From Planctomycetota bacterium (GTDB lineage Bacteria > Planctomycetota > Phycisphaerae > SM23-33), in NCBI GenBank assembly GCA_016235825.1, contig JACRIL010000102.1, positions 751-64,750 on the forward strand: 64,000 bases of DNA, given 5' to 3'. Shown here in pieces: positions 17,287 through 26,309 of this stretch. The first letter of the stretch is position 1. Each line of letters opens with the position of its first letter. The notes under the pieces were generated by a model. The model made no database searches and was not told where the DNA came from. It was given only the letters and a program-made list of their open reading frames with translations. The translations under genes were made by a program, and so were the position numbers.

Positions 17287-17360
17287 CCTTTTTTATTTTT
17301 CAATCTTCATCCAAAAACGCGGTTGAATATTGTTCAGATTTCGTGGTGGACAAGTCCATC

Positions 17361-17563
17361 CTGTCAGCCCGTTAGGGCGTTTGCCAGTAGCCCCGTCCCG
17401 GAGTGAAGCGGAGGGCGGGGTATCCGGCGTCATACAATTCGAGCCCCTTGCGGGCGATTGAATGCAAAGATCCTTCCCAGGGTTTCGCTTCATCCGCCTG
17501 AAGGCGGACTTCGCTCCACTCTGGGCTACTATCAAACGCCATCTGTCGGGCTGAAAACAACTG
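17361..17563. repeat. convergent pair of family-1 repeat units (17361-17466 +, 17476-17563 -)
   Basis: The forward unit aligns with 4085-4190. The reverse unit carries CCCAGGGTTTCGCTTCATCCGCC-TGAA-GGCGGACTTCGCTCCACTCTGGGCTACT. Confidence 0.75.
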
Positions 17564-17615
17564 TTCCAGGCAAAATGCTCGAATCCTGCTCGCATAACAT
17601 GAGCCTTTTAGATTC

Positions 17616-18386
17616 TCAGACGGAAACATCCGGCGCCAGGGCGAATCCGCCGTCCAGGCGGACCAGGCTTCCCGTCATGTATGATGCGTCGTCGCCGGCC
17701 AGAAACGCCGTGAGCCTGGCTGCCTCGGCGGATTCACCTGCCCGGCCCAGCGGAATCGTTCGGGCGACCCGTGCGGCGATCATCTCGGGCGAGTAGAATT
17801 CGCGTTCGCCCTCGGTGTCGAACCAGCCCAGGATGATCCCATTGACTCGTATGCGGTCCTTCGCGCAGGCCACGGCAAGATGCCTGACCATGTGATTCAG
17901 CGCCGCCTTGGTCAGCGCGTAGGCGAAGGCCGTCGGGTTCACCAACTCGCCCTGGTTGGAGCTGTGGATCACGATGCTTCCGCCGCCCCCGGCGGCCCGG
18001 CGGGCGCCGATGAACAGCCTGGCCAGCCGAAAGTTGCCCATGACGTTGATCCGGAACGTCCGCTCCATCAGTTCAAGGTCGGTCTGATCGACCGTCGCCT
18101 TCTTCTGGTAGGCGGCATTGAGCACCAGCGAATCAATCGGGCCGTCGGCTGTCGCTCGCGCCCACATTGATTCAACCGCCCCGCCGTCGCCCATATCGGC
18201 CCTGGCCAGTTCGGCCCGGCCGCCCGCGGCGCGGATGGCATCGCGGGTCTCGGCGGCGGCCTGGTCGTTGCTGGCGTAGTTGACGAAGACCGTGGCGCCC
18301 CGCGAGGCCAGCAGTTCCGCGCAGGCCCGGCCGATGCCCCGGCTGCCGCCGGTTATCAGAACGCGCTTGTTTTTCCAGTCAGCCAT
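17616..18386 (-). CDS. SDR family oxidoreductase
   Basis: VLITGGSRGIGRA and YALTKAALNHM. Confidence 0.8.
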   Translation of the reverse strand: MADWKNKRVLITGGSRGIGRACAELLASRGATVFVNYASNDQAAAETRDAIRAAGGRAELARADMGDGGAVESMWARATADGPIDSLVLNAAYQKKATVDQTDLELMERTFRINVMGNFRLARLFIGARRAAGGGGSIVIHSSNQGELVNPTAFAYALTKAALNHMVRHLAVACAKDRIRVNGIILGWFDTEGEREFYSPEMIAARVARTIPLGRAGESAEAARLTAFLAGDDASYMTGSLVRLDGGFALAPDVSV

Positions 18387-18643
18387 TCCCGGATTAACCT
18401 CCGTCCGGGTTCGCCCCGGACGCCGGATGATATTGTATGTATTTCCGCGGATTCAACAAGCCGCCGCGCCGATCTCGTCGCTCTGGAAGCGGGCAATCGC
18501 CGGCGCCGGCCGGATTCGTTCCTGAGGGGATGTCCCTGAAAAATAGTGTATTCCGCGATTAAAACGGTATAATGCCGGCCTGCGTTTCCCCACGCGCCAT
18601 TTTGAACGGGCCGGCCTTTCCCGGCCCTGGAAAGGAGAACAAC

Positions 18644-19489
18644 ATGTACGTCGCGGTTCACAGTTGGAGTTTTCGCGAGCGTTTCAAGCAGGACAAGTCT
18701 TTCAACATCTTCCAGGCCATGGACATCGCCGCCAGGGCTGGGTTCAAGGGCATGGAGATCATGACGGGCAAGGCCAACATGCCGGTTGCCGACATAGGCG
18801 CCGACACAGTCGAGGGATTGAAGAAGGTCCTGGATTACGCGAAGAAATGCGGGCTGAAAATCCACAGCTACGCCACTTTCAACGACTTCGCCTACGTCAA
18901 GGACGAGACCTGGCGGCTGGCGAACATCGAGTACATCAAGAAGTGGCTGGGGCTGGCCGGCGATACCGGCGTGCCCAACATCCGCATGCTCACCGGCTAT
19001 TACGTAGAGGGCGAGGACCGCAAACGCCTTGAGGACATGACCCTCAAGGGGATCGAGGAATGCATTCCTGTGGCCGAGAAGGCCGGCGTGAACATGGCCA
19101 TCGAGAACCACAACTCGATCTTCATGAAGGGCGATGAGATCGCGGGGCTGATCAAACGTTTCGGCAGCAAACGTCTGACGGCCTGCCCAGACCCGTCGAA
19201 CGGCTGCCCCAAATTTTTCGACCCGGCCTGCACGCCGGAGGCACGCGACGGCGTCTACGAGAATCTCAAGGTCATGGCCCCTTACGCCACCGCCTCGCAC
19301 CTGAAGATTCGCGGCTTTAATCCCGACGGTTCGCTCCTGGGCTGGGACATGCCGCGTCTGCTGGGAATCTACCGCAAGGCGGGCTTCGACGGCTCGCTCA
19401 CATTCGAGTCTATCGTGGACGGCGACCTGATTGCCCCGCTGGCAAAGGCCCGCGAGGTGGTCGAGAAGGCCATCGCCGCGTCCGCATAA
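18644..19489 (+). CDS. sugar phosphate isomerase/epimerase (xylose isomerase-like TIM barrel)
   Basis: Start MYVAVHSWSF after AGGAG. Family-typical NMAIENHN, with a GFKGMEI start-of-barrel pattern. Confidence 0.75.
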   Translation: MYVAVHSWSFRERFKQDKSFNIFQAMDIAARAGFKGMEIMTGKANMPVADIGADTVEGLKKVLDYAKKCGLKIHSYATFNDFAYVKDETWRLANIEYIKKWLGLAGDTGVPNIRMLTGYYVEGEDRKRLEDMTLKGIEECIPVAEKAGVNMAIENHNSIFMKGDEIAGLIKRFGSKRLTACPDPSNGCPKFFDPACTPEARDGVYENLKVMAPYATASHLKIRGFNPDGSLLGWDMPRLLGIYRKAGFDGSLTFESIVDGDLIAPLAKAREVVEKAIAASA

Positions 19490-19502
19490 AAGGAACATAT
19501 CC

Positions 19503-20603
19503 ATGAGCGAGAAGAAAACTACCGGCGCGGTCATCGGCTGCGGCTCGATAAGCAAGATGCACCTGGGCTGCATGAAGGAGGCCGGATATCGCATCGGCGT
19601 GCTGTGCGACGTGGACGCCGGCCGGGCCGAGCAGATGAAACGTGACTTCGGCGACGAGCGGACCAGAGTCGTCACCAGTTTTGAAGAGGCCATCAGGGAC
19701 GCCGACGTGGACGTTGTGTCCGTCCTGACGCCGCCGGTGTTTCACGCCGGGCAGACCGTGGCCGCGCTCAACGCCGGAAAGTTCGTCTATTGCGAAAAGC
19801 CGGTGGTGCGAACCCTCAAGGAGTTCGACGCCATCTTCGCGGCCGAAAAATCGTCCGGCAAAGGCGCCTACTTCACGCCCGGCCGGATGCGAGGCGGCGA
19901 CACCCCGACCGTCCGGCAGTACGTCAACGACGGAGAATTCGGCGACATTTATCGCGTCGAGAGCAAGCACTGGCGGATGCGCGGCCGCAGCGGAGTGGAC
20001 ACGGGGCCGCACTGGTTCGCCGACAGCCAAAAGGCACTGGGCGGCATACTCGCCGACATGGGGCTGTACTTCATGGACCGGGCGTTCCACCTGACCGGCT
20101 GGCCGAAGATAACATCCGTCTCGGCCGTTACGTTCCGGCCGTTCCCCTACGACCTGCCGAGCGATGTCCCTTACGACGTGGAGGAGCACGCCCTGATTAT
20201 GGCCCGCACGGAAGGCAAGCTCACCTTCACCTTCGAGCTGGCGAACATGGCATATTTCGACGACTGGACCACCAACACCCTCATGATGCTGGGCAACAAG
20301 GGCGGCATGCACCTGCGGTCCGGCAGGACGGAGGAGTTCCGCTTCCTCACCGAAAAAGGCGCCCCCGGCAGATACATCGAGCACCGCATCAACTGGAAGG
20401 AAGGAAGAAAGACCGACACCATCATCTACGAGGAACTCGCCGCCGCTGTCCGCGGCACGGGCCAGGTCAAAACCGCCACCAGCAGCCGGGAGGCCCTGGT
20501 CCTGCACGAGGTAATGGCCATGACGTACATGTCCTCGCACAATCGCCGCGAAATCCGGCCCGAAGATCTCGACCAAAACGCCAATATCTTTATAAAGGCG
20601 TAA
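19503..20603 (+). CDS. Gfo/Idh/MocA family oxidoreductase
   Basis: N-terminal Rossmann GAVIGCGSISKMH and a VYCEKPV motif. Confidence 0.8.
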   Translation: MSEKKTTGAVIGCGSISKMHLGCMKEAGYRIGVLCDVDAGRAEQMKRDFGDERTRVVTSFEEAIRDADVDVVSVLTPPVFHAGQTVAALNAGKFVYCEKPVVRTLKEFDAIFAAEKSSGKGAYFTPGRMRGGDTPTVRQYVNDGEFGDIYRVESKHWRMRGRSGVDTGPHWFADSQKALGGILADMGLYFMDRAFHLTGWPKITSVSAVTFRPFPYDLPSDVPYDVEEHALIMARTEGKLTFTFELANMAYFDDWTTNTLMMLGNKGGMHLRSGRTEEFRFLTEKGAPGRYIEHRINWKEGRKTDTIIYEELAAAVRGTGQVKTATSSREALVLHEVMAMTYMSSHNRREIRPEDLDQNANIFIKA

Positions 20604-20643
20604 ACCAGTCACATATTTAGCACAAAATCAAGGGTGAGATATT

Positions 20644-20892
20644 ATGGAATGGACCGCGGAGATTATGACGGATCCTGCTCGGGATCATGAATTACACGTG
20701 GAACTCAGGCAAGATGAACTGTATCGCGCCCGTATCTATCAGGATGAACAAGGCAAAATACAATTGCAATTGTACGATGGAAAACCTGGAATATTACCTG
20801 TGGAATGGCTGACAGGAATTATTGATGGATTCAAAAATGATTTGCGGACCTCCGGCCAAAGCCGCATCAATAAAAATGGCGCCAATCCATGA
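20644..20892 (+). CDS. hypothetical small protein (low-GC island)
   Basis: 82-aa ORF with an SD-like GGTGAG. It shares low GC with the following Bro-N gene. No family recognised. Confidence 0.35.
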   Translation: MEWTAEIMTDPARDHELHVELRQDELYRARIYQDEQGKIQLQLYDGKPGILPVEWLTGIIDGFKNDLRTSGQSRINKNGANP

Positions 20893-20971
20893 TGCTTTTA
20901 CAAGTTAATGGATGCGAACTTTCTGGAGCCCTTTGGGCGATTGAAATGTATGGAAAGGAAAGGGATAAATA

Positions 20972-21808
20972 ATGGCTGGACAATCCACACAGATAGCGTT
21001 GTTTAAGGGCAAAGAAATCAGAAAAACAATTCACAATAATGAATGGTGGTTTTCGATAATTGATATTGTTGAGGCATTAACGGATTCAGGACGGCCTCGC
21101 AAATATTGGAGCGATTTGAAGAAAAAGCTCGTAAAAGAGGGCTATTCTGAAGTGTCCGAAAAAATCGGACAGTTGAAATTGATTTCGCCGGATGGGAAAT
21201 CCAGAACAACGGATTGTGCGGATACTGAGACGGTTTTCCGGATAATCCAGACAATACCCTCTCCCAAAGCCGAGCCGTTCAAGCGCTGGCTGGCCAAGGT
21301 CGGCTATGAACGCATTGCGGAAATAGAAGACCCTGAACTGGCGACCAAACGTGCCCGCGCGATATACAAGGCCAAGGGATATCCGGACGACTGGATCGAA
21401 AAGCGCATGCGGTCCATCGCCATTCGCGAGGAATTGACGGACGAATGGAAAAATCGGGGCGTCGCCGAGCAAAAAGATTACGCCATTCTCACAGCCGAAA
21501 TATCCAAGGCCGCTTTCGGCGTAACACCTTCGGAATACAAGAGGCTCAAAGGCCTCGAACGCCAGAATCTGCGCGACCACATGAACGACCTTGAGCTGAT
21601 TTTTTCAATGTTGGGCGAGGCCGCCACTACCGAAATCACCCGTAACCGCGACACGCAGGGATTTGATGAAAATAAGCGGGCCGCGGTAGATGGCGGTTCA
21701 GTCGCGGGAAATGCCAGAAAAGAACTGGAGGCAAAGTCAGGTAAAAAAGTGGTCTCCCGCCAAAATTATCTGCCGGAAAAAGCGGCAAAGAGGCTTCCGA
21801 AAAAATAA
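20972..21808 (+). CDS. Bro-N domain protein, DinD/antirepressor-like
   Basis: N-terminus FKGKEIRKTIHNNEWWFSIIDIVEALTDS matches the Bro-N pattern (IR....dge.wF...Dv..aLg). The C-terminal helical region is WIEKRMRSIAIREELTDEW. Low GC. Confidence 0.65.
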   Translation: MAGQSTQIALFKGKEIRKTIHNNEWWFSIIDIVEALTDSGRPRKYWSDLKKKLVKEGYSEVSEKIGQLKLISPDGKSRTTDCADTETVFRIIQTIPSPKAEPFKRWLAKVGYERIAEIEDPELATKRARAIYKAKGYPDDWIEKRMRSIAIREELTDEWKNRGVAEQKDYAILTAEISKAAFGVTPSEYKRLKGLERQNLRDHMNDLELIFSMLGEAATTEITRNRDTQGFDENKRAAVDGGSVAGNARKELEAKSGKKVVSRQNYLPEKAAKRLPKK

Positions 21809-22080
21809 AACGGCTCATGGCGGCGGTCCATGCGTTGTCCAAGTCGGGGACTTGCGGAAATGGAAGACAAGTATTATGAGATCATGAACGATGCCGCTTC
21901 GGCCATGGATGCCGGCAATCTGACCGCCGCGCTGGGCATGCTCGACCAGCTCGTCGCCGCAAAGAGCTACGGCCCGCTTGCTCATCTTTTCCGCGCGGAG
22001 ATTCTTCTTCGGGCGGGTGGCGTGGCCGGTTTTATGCCAAATGGACTTTTTTCAACAGACTTGGGGTGTAAAAACAACGG

Positions 22081-23409
22081 ATGAAAAGGTATTATTCGGC
22101 CATGAATATGAGGCGAGACAAATCGGTTCGAGCGTTCGGCCGGGCGTGCAAGGTATTGGTGGGGGGGGTGGATTCGCCGGTGCGAGCGTTTGCGGCGGTG
22201 GGGGGCGGGCCGGCGTTTATCGAGCGGGCGGCCGGGCCGTTTGTTTACGATCTGGACGGCAATCGTTACATAGATTACGTCGGGACGTGGGGGCCGGCGA
22301 TCCTGGGCCATGCGCATCCGGCGGCGGTGGGGGCCATCGCGTCAGCGGTCCGGCGCGGCAGCAGCTTCGGCGCGCCCTGCCAGGCCGAGACGCGGCTTGC
22401 GACGCTCATCTGCCGGGCCTTCGGGTCGGTCAAAAAGGTGCGATTCGTCTCCAGCGGGACCGAGGCGGTGATGACGGCGGTGCGTCTGGCCCGCGGGGCG
22501 ACGGGGCGGGACAAGATAATCAAGTTCGCCGGATGCTATCACGGACATTCTGACGCCCTGCTCGTTGCGGCCGGCAGCGGGGCGACGACGCTGGGAATAC
22601 CGAGCAGCGCGGGCGTGCCGGCCGGGGCGGCAAGAGACACGCTGACCGCGCCGTACAACGATCCCGATGCGGTCGGGCGGCTGCTGAAAAAATTCCGCGG
22701 CAAGGTCGCGGCGGTGCTGGTCGAGCCGGCGGCGGGCAATATGGGCGTGGTCGCGCCGGCGAAAGGTTTCCTGAGCGGCCTGCGGAAACTGTGCGACAGG
22801 CACGGCGCGCTGCTAATCTTCGACGAGGTGATGACGGGCTTTCGGCTCGCACGCGGCGGGGCGCAGGAACTCTACGGCGTTCGGGCCGACATCACTACCT
22901 TGGGCAAGATCATAGGCGGCGGCATGCCGGTCGGGGCGGTCGGCGGGCCGGCCAAGATAATGGACAATCTCGCCCCGCTGGGCAGGGTGTACCAGGCCGG
23001 GACGCTCTCGGGCAATCCGGTCGCTATGGCCGCCGGCATCGCGACGCTGGAACTGCTGCAAAACAGGCGGGTTTACGCCGACATCGAGCGGGCGGGCCGG
23101 CGGCTTGAAACAGGCTTGCTCCGTGCGGCTGCCAGTGCCGGCCTGCGGGGCAAAATCTGCGTCAATCGCGTCGGCAGCATGATGACGGTTTTCTTCCGCG
23201 GGCCTCCGGTCCGCAACTACGCCGACGCCACAGGCTCCAACATCCGCGCCTTCGCCGAATTCTTCCACGCCATGGCCGATCAGGGCATTTATCTGCCGCC
23301 CAGCCAGTACGAGGCGTGGTTCATCTCGGCCCGCCACGGCCCGGCCTTGATAGATCGGACGATTCGCTCGGCGACAAAGGCCTTTACCCGAGCCGCCAGA
23401 TTGATGTAA
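22081..23409 (+). CDS. hemL: glutamate-1-semialdehyde 2,1-aminomutase
   Basis: GGVDSPVRAF, LIFDEVMTGFRL and TLGKIIGGGMPVGA (PLP Lys). The true start may be ATG 22102 (MNMRRDKS). Confidence 0.9.
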   Translation: MKRYYSAMNMRRDKSVRAFGRACKVLVGGVDSPVRAFAAVGGGPAFIERAAGPFVYDLDGNRYIDYVGTWGPAILGHAHPAAVGAIASAVRRGSSFGAPCQAETRLATLICRAFGSVKKVRFVSSGTEAVMTAVRLARGATGRDKIIKFAGCYHGHSDALLVAAGSGATTLGIPSSAGVPAGAARDTLTAPYNDPDAVGRLLKKFRGKVAAVLVEPAAGNMGVVAPAKGFLSGLRKLCDRHGALLIFDEVMTGFRLARGGAQELYGVRADITTLGKIIGGGMPVGAVGGPAKIMDNLAPLGRVYQAGTLSGNPVAMAAGIATLELLQNRRVYADIERAGRRLETGLLRAAASAGLRGKICVNRVGSMMTVFFRGPPVRNYADATGSNIRAFAEFFHAMADQGIYLPPSQYEAWFISARHGPALIDRTIRSATKAFTRAARLM

Positions 23410-23486
23410 AATCCAACATGTCGGCCCGGCGGGGCTGGCGGAAGCATATCCGCCCGGCCGATAACATAAAGGAAGGTCGAACGACT

Positions 23487-24197
23487 ATGCCAAACGAGAC
23501 GGTATGCAAGCAGCATCTGGATGCGTTCCGGACTGCCAAGATCGCCAAGAATGTTATGTTCGGCCTGCTGCTGCTGGTGATGCTGGCCCAGATCGCCGGA
23601 TTCGCCCTGGTTTACTTCTTCGACGTGATCGACTATGCCCCGGAGCTCCAGAACAGGCTCTCAGCCAGGGCGGCGCCGACAAGCATGCCGGCCGTCCCGC
23701 CCGCGGCTAACGTGGAAGTCCGGGCCGGCGAGATTTACCTGCTGCTCAAGTGGGGCCTGCACGTCAGCCGGATGCTGGCGTTTTTCTGCAGCATCCTGTT
23801 CTGCCTTGTCCTGCTGCTGTACGTCAACCTGTCGATTGTAAGCCGCCTGGGCGACATGGCGGGATTCATCAGCGCTTTCTTCTGGTCGCTGGTGCTCCTG
23901 GCCGTTCTGATGCCGTGGTACAAGCTGTTTCCGACCGAACTGGCCCAGGGAGCGCTGTTCAATCTGGAAGACCTTATAGAGCAGACCCGCAACGTGAAGA
24001 ATTCCTGGACGGCCGGCCGGGCCATTCCGCCTGAGCAGTTGATTCTCTATTTCACGCGGTTTGCGGCCTATCCGCTTTTCGCCCTGATCGTGCTGCTGGT
24101 CTGCCAGTGCCGGTTCATGCACGGCTACAAGCCGATCGGACAGCTTGTCCGAGGCCAGTCGGACGAACCGACGACCCAGGCTGGGGTTTCGCTTTAG
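23487..24197 (+). CDS. hypothetical four-TM membrane protein
   Basis: Start MPNETV after AAGGAAGG. It has four hydrophobic segments. First gene of a tightly spaced four-gene unit. Confidence 0.5.
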   Translation: MPNETVCKQHLDAFRTAKIAKNVMFGLLLLVMLAQIAGFALVYFFDVIDYAPELQNRLSARAAPTSMPAVPPAANVEVRAGEIYLLLKWGLHVSRMLAFFCSILFCLVLLLYVNLSIVSRLGDMAGFISAFFWSLVLLAVLMPWYKLFPTELAQGALFNLEDLIEQTRNVKNSWTAGRAIPPEQLILYFTRFAAYPLFALIVLLVCQCRFMHGYKPIGQLVRGQSDEPTTQAGVSL

Positions 24198-24228
24198 GCG
24201 TCTCCCCGGCCCCGGATGGAACCAACAA

Positions 24229-25131
24229 ATGCCCGCCAGAACAGCCAATCCGGGATCCCAGAGAGCGACGAAAATCGCGAGATTCTGCGCGTTGGCGGCG
24301 ATGGGTTTTTCTCTGCCGGGCTGTCCGCCGCCTTATGGCCCGAATTCCAATCCCGCGGCCCAGACCCGCCCGGGCGACGAATCGCCGGGAGCCCGGGAGG
24401 ACGGCGGCGAGCGGTCGAAGATCGCCGCGGGGCAGGGCTTCCTCTTCGAGATAGTGCTCAAGACCACCGTCGTCGAGGCGCCGGCCGGGACGATCAGCTC
24501 GTCGGAGGACATCTGGAGCTACGTTGACGAGGAACCTGTCAGCGGGCGGGCGTCGGGCCTGCTGGGCAGGAACGGAATTCGCGCCGGCGTCGGGCCCAGC
24601 GAGAATTGGCCTCGGGTTGCCGCGGTCCTGAATCGACTGGCGGGCAAGCCCCTGAGACATTCGATAAGCACCGTCTTTCCGGGCGACAGGACCTCGCTGC
24701 CGGCCGTCGTTTACGACCAGCCTCAGACCATTTTCATGTTCCGCGGCGACCTGACGCTCATGGGGGCCGACTACCCGGCCGGGGAATACTCATTCAATCT
24801 GGCCGCATGGCTCGACCAGGACGACCCGGGCCGCCTGATACTGGCTTTCTGTCCGAAGGCGGTCTCGGCCAAACGCGAGTCGCAGTTCGTCCCGGGGCCG
24901 CATGGAATGGAGATGATAACCCGTCCGGCGGAGCACATCCTGGACCAGACGGCCTTCAATCTGGCCATGAGGTCCGGAGAATTTCTCGTGATAGGCCCCG
25001 GCTGGCAGGCGGCCAGGTCCGACAGCATCGGCGGGGTCTTTTTCACCCGCAAAACGAATGACATTCGCATGGAGACCGTTTACATTATTGTGCCGGAGAT
25101 AAAAGCCCGTCCGATTCAGCGCGGGGGCTGA
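24229..25131 (+). CDS. lipoprotein with a secretin-like core/C-terminal signature
   Basis: Lipobox FCALAAMGFSLPGC. FEIVLKTTVVEAPAGTISSSEDIW resembles the start of a secretin domain. MRSGEFLVIGPG....IGGVFFTRKTNDIRMETVYIIVPEI resembles the secretin C-terminal G..v.GG...G.LF.....l...i.P.i pattern. By-eye only. Confidence 0.45.
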   Translation: MPARTANPGSQRATKIARFCALAAMGFSLPGCPPPYGPNSNPAAQTRPGDESPGAREDGGERSKIAAGQGFLFEIVLKTTVVEAPAGTISSSEDIWSYVDEEPVSGRASGLLGRNGIRAGVGPSENWPRVAAVLNRLAGKPLRHSISTVFPGDRTSLPAVVYDQPQTIFMFRGDLTLMGADYPAGEYSFNLAAWLDQDDPGRLILAFCPKAVSAKRESQFVPGPHGMEMITRPAEHILDQTAFNLAMRSGEFLVIGPGWQAARSDSIGGVFFTRKTNDIRMETVYIIVPEIKARPIQRGG

Positions 25132-25170
25132 CAGGCCCGATCGGGCCGGCCGGCGCAAAAACCAGAAAAT

Positions 25171-26283
25171 ATGACCGGACAACCGAATCAGACAGGCCTG
25201 CCGGCGGATTCCTTCTGCCGCCAGTTGTTCCAGAATGTCCAGGTCGCCCTGGTCGCGGTGGACGCCGATTTCAACGTTACATGCTGCAACCAGACGGCGA
25301 GCATGCTTCTGGCCGTTGCGCCGCTCGACGCTGTAGGCAGGCCCGTCCACCAGCTCGTGCCCGAGAATTGCAGGAACCTGCTGGACAAGATGCTCCGTCG
25401 CGCGATGGCCCGGCGCGAGCCGGCGCAGTTTGACATGTCAATTCCGCTGCCGGACTCGCAAACCAGATGCCTGATGGCTGTGCTGTCGCCCATCCGCGAC
25501 GACCAGGACAGGGATGTCGGCGCGGCGATCTGGCTGGCGGACCGCACGGAAAGCAGGCGGATGGCCGAGCGGCTGGCAGCGGCTGACCGCATGGCCGCCA
25601 TCGCCGCCTTCGCAGGCGGGGTGGCTCATCACTTCAACAATATAATGGGCGCCATAACAACGTCGGTCGATCACGCCCTGACCAGCGGCGACTATTCGGC
25701 CATGCGCAAGGCTCTTCAGATAGCCGCCGACGGGACCGCGCGGGCCGCGAGGATAACGCAGGCGATGCTGGCCTTCGCCGAGCGCGACAGCAGGCGGTCC
25801 GAGCCGGCCGACTGCGCCGAGATACTGATAAACTTCTCCCGGCTGATCGAAAGGCCTCTGGCCAAGCGCAACATAAAGCTCGCGCTCGATCTCAAGCCGA
25901 CGCCCCCGGTCCGGCTGGACAGCAACCGTATGCACCAGATTCTGGGCAACCTGCTGACCAACGCCGAGGAGGCCATGCCGGCCGGCGGGCAGATTTCGCT
26001 CGGTCTGGACGCCGCCGGAGACGAGATCGTCGTTACCTTCGCCGACACCGGCTGCGGCATCAGGCCCGAACATCTCGGAAAGATATTCCAGCCGTTCTTC
26101 ACGACCAAAGGTCCGCTCCACGGCGGCAGCCAGAACAATCCGGGGCTGGGCCTGGCCATGGTGCACGGCATGGTCATGGACATGGGCGGAAGAATATTCG
26201 TCGAGTCCGAGCCGGACAGAGGCGCGAAGTTCTCCATGTTCTTCCCCGTCCGGCCCCGGCCCGCCGGCATGGAAGAAGACTGA
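25171..26283 (+). CDS. soluble PAS-domain sensor histidine kinase
   Basis: H-box FAGGVAHHFNNIMGAI. HATPase_c motifs LGNLLTNAEEAM, DTGCGI and GLGLAMVHG. No adjacent response regulator. Confidence 0.8.
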   Translation: MTGQPNQTGLPADSFCRQLFQNVQVALVAVDADFNVTCCNQTASMLLAVAPLDAVGRPVHQLVPENCRNLLDKMLRRAMARREPAQFDMSIPLPDSQTRCLMAVLSPIRDDQDRDVGAAIWLADRTESRRMAERLAAADRMAAIAAFAGGVAHHFNNIMGAITTSVDHALTSGDYSAMRKALQIAADGTARAARITQAMLAFAERDSRRSEPADCAEILINFSRLIERPLAKRNIKLALDLKPTPPVRLDSNRMHQILGNLLTNAEEAMPAGGQISLGLDAAGDEIVVTFADTGCGIRPEHLGKIFQPFFTTKGPLHGGSQNNPGLGLAMVHGMVMDMGGRIFVESEPDRGAKFSMFFPVRPRPAGMEED

Positions 26284-26309
26284 CCGCGGCGAGGAACGTT
26301 CATCCTGCA

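Noticed and set aside
20620-21830. A prophage or integrative element around the Bro-N gene.
   Set aside because: Only two genes are involved. I detected no integrase, terminase, capsid genes, tRNA target or flanking direct repeats. I treat it as an islet or remnant only.
21830-22084. An 84-aa ORF (MEDKYYEIMNDAASAMDAGNLTAALGMLDQL...AEILLRAG) upstream of hemL.
   Set aside because: It has a single TPR-like helix pair and then nonsense-looking sequence that overlaps the hemL start. It is possibly a truncated remnant, but I cannot support it as a gene.
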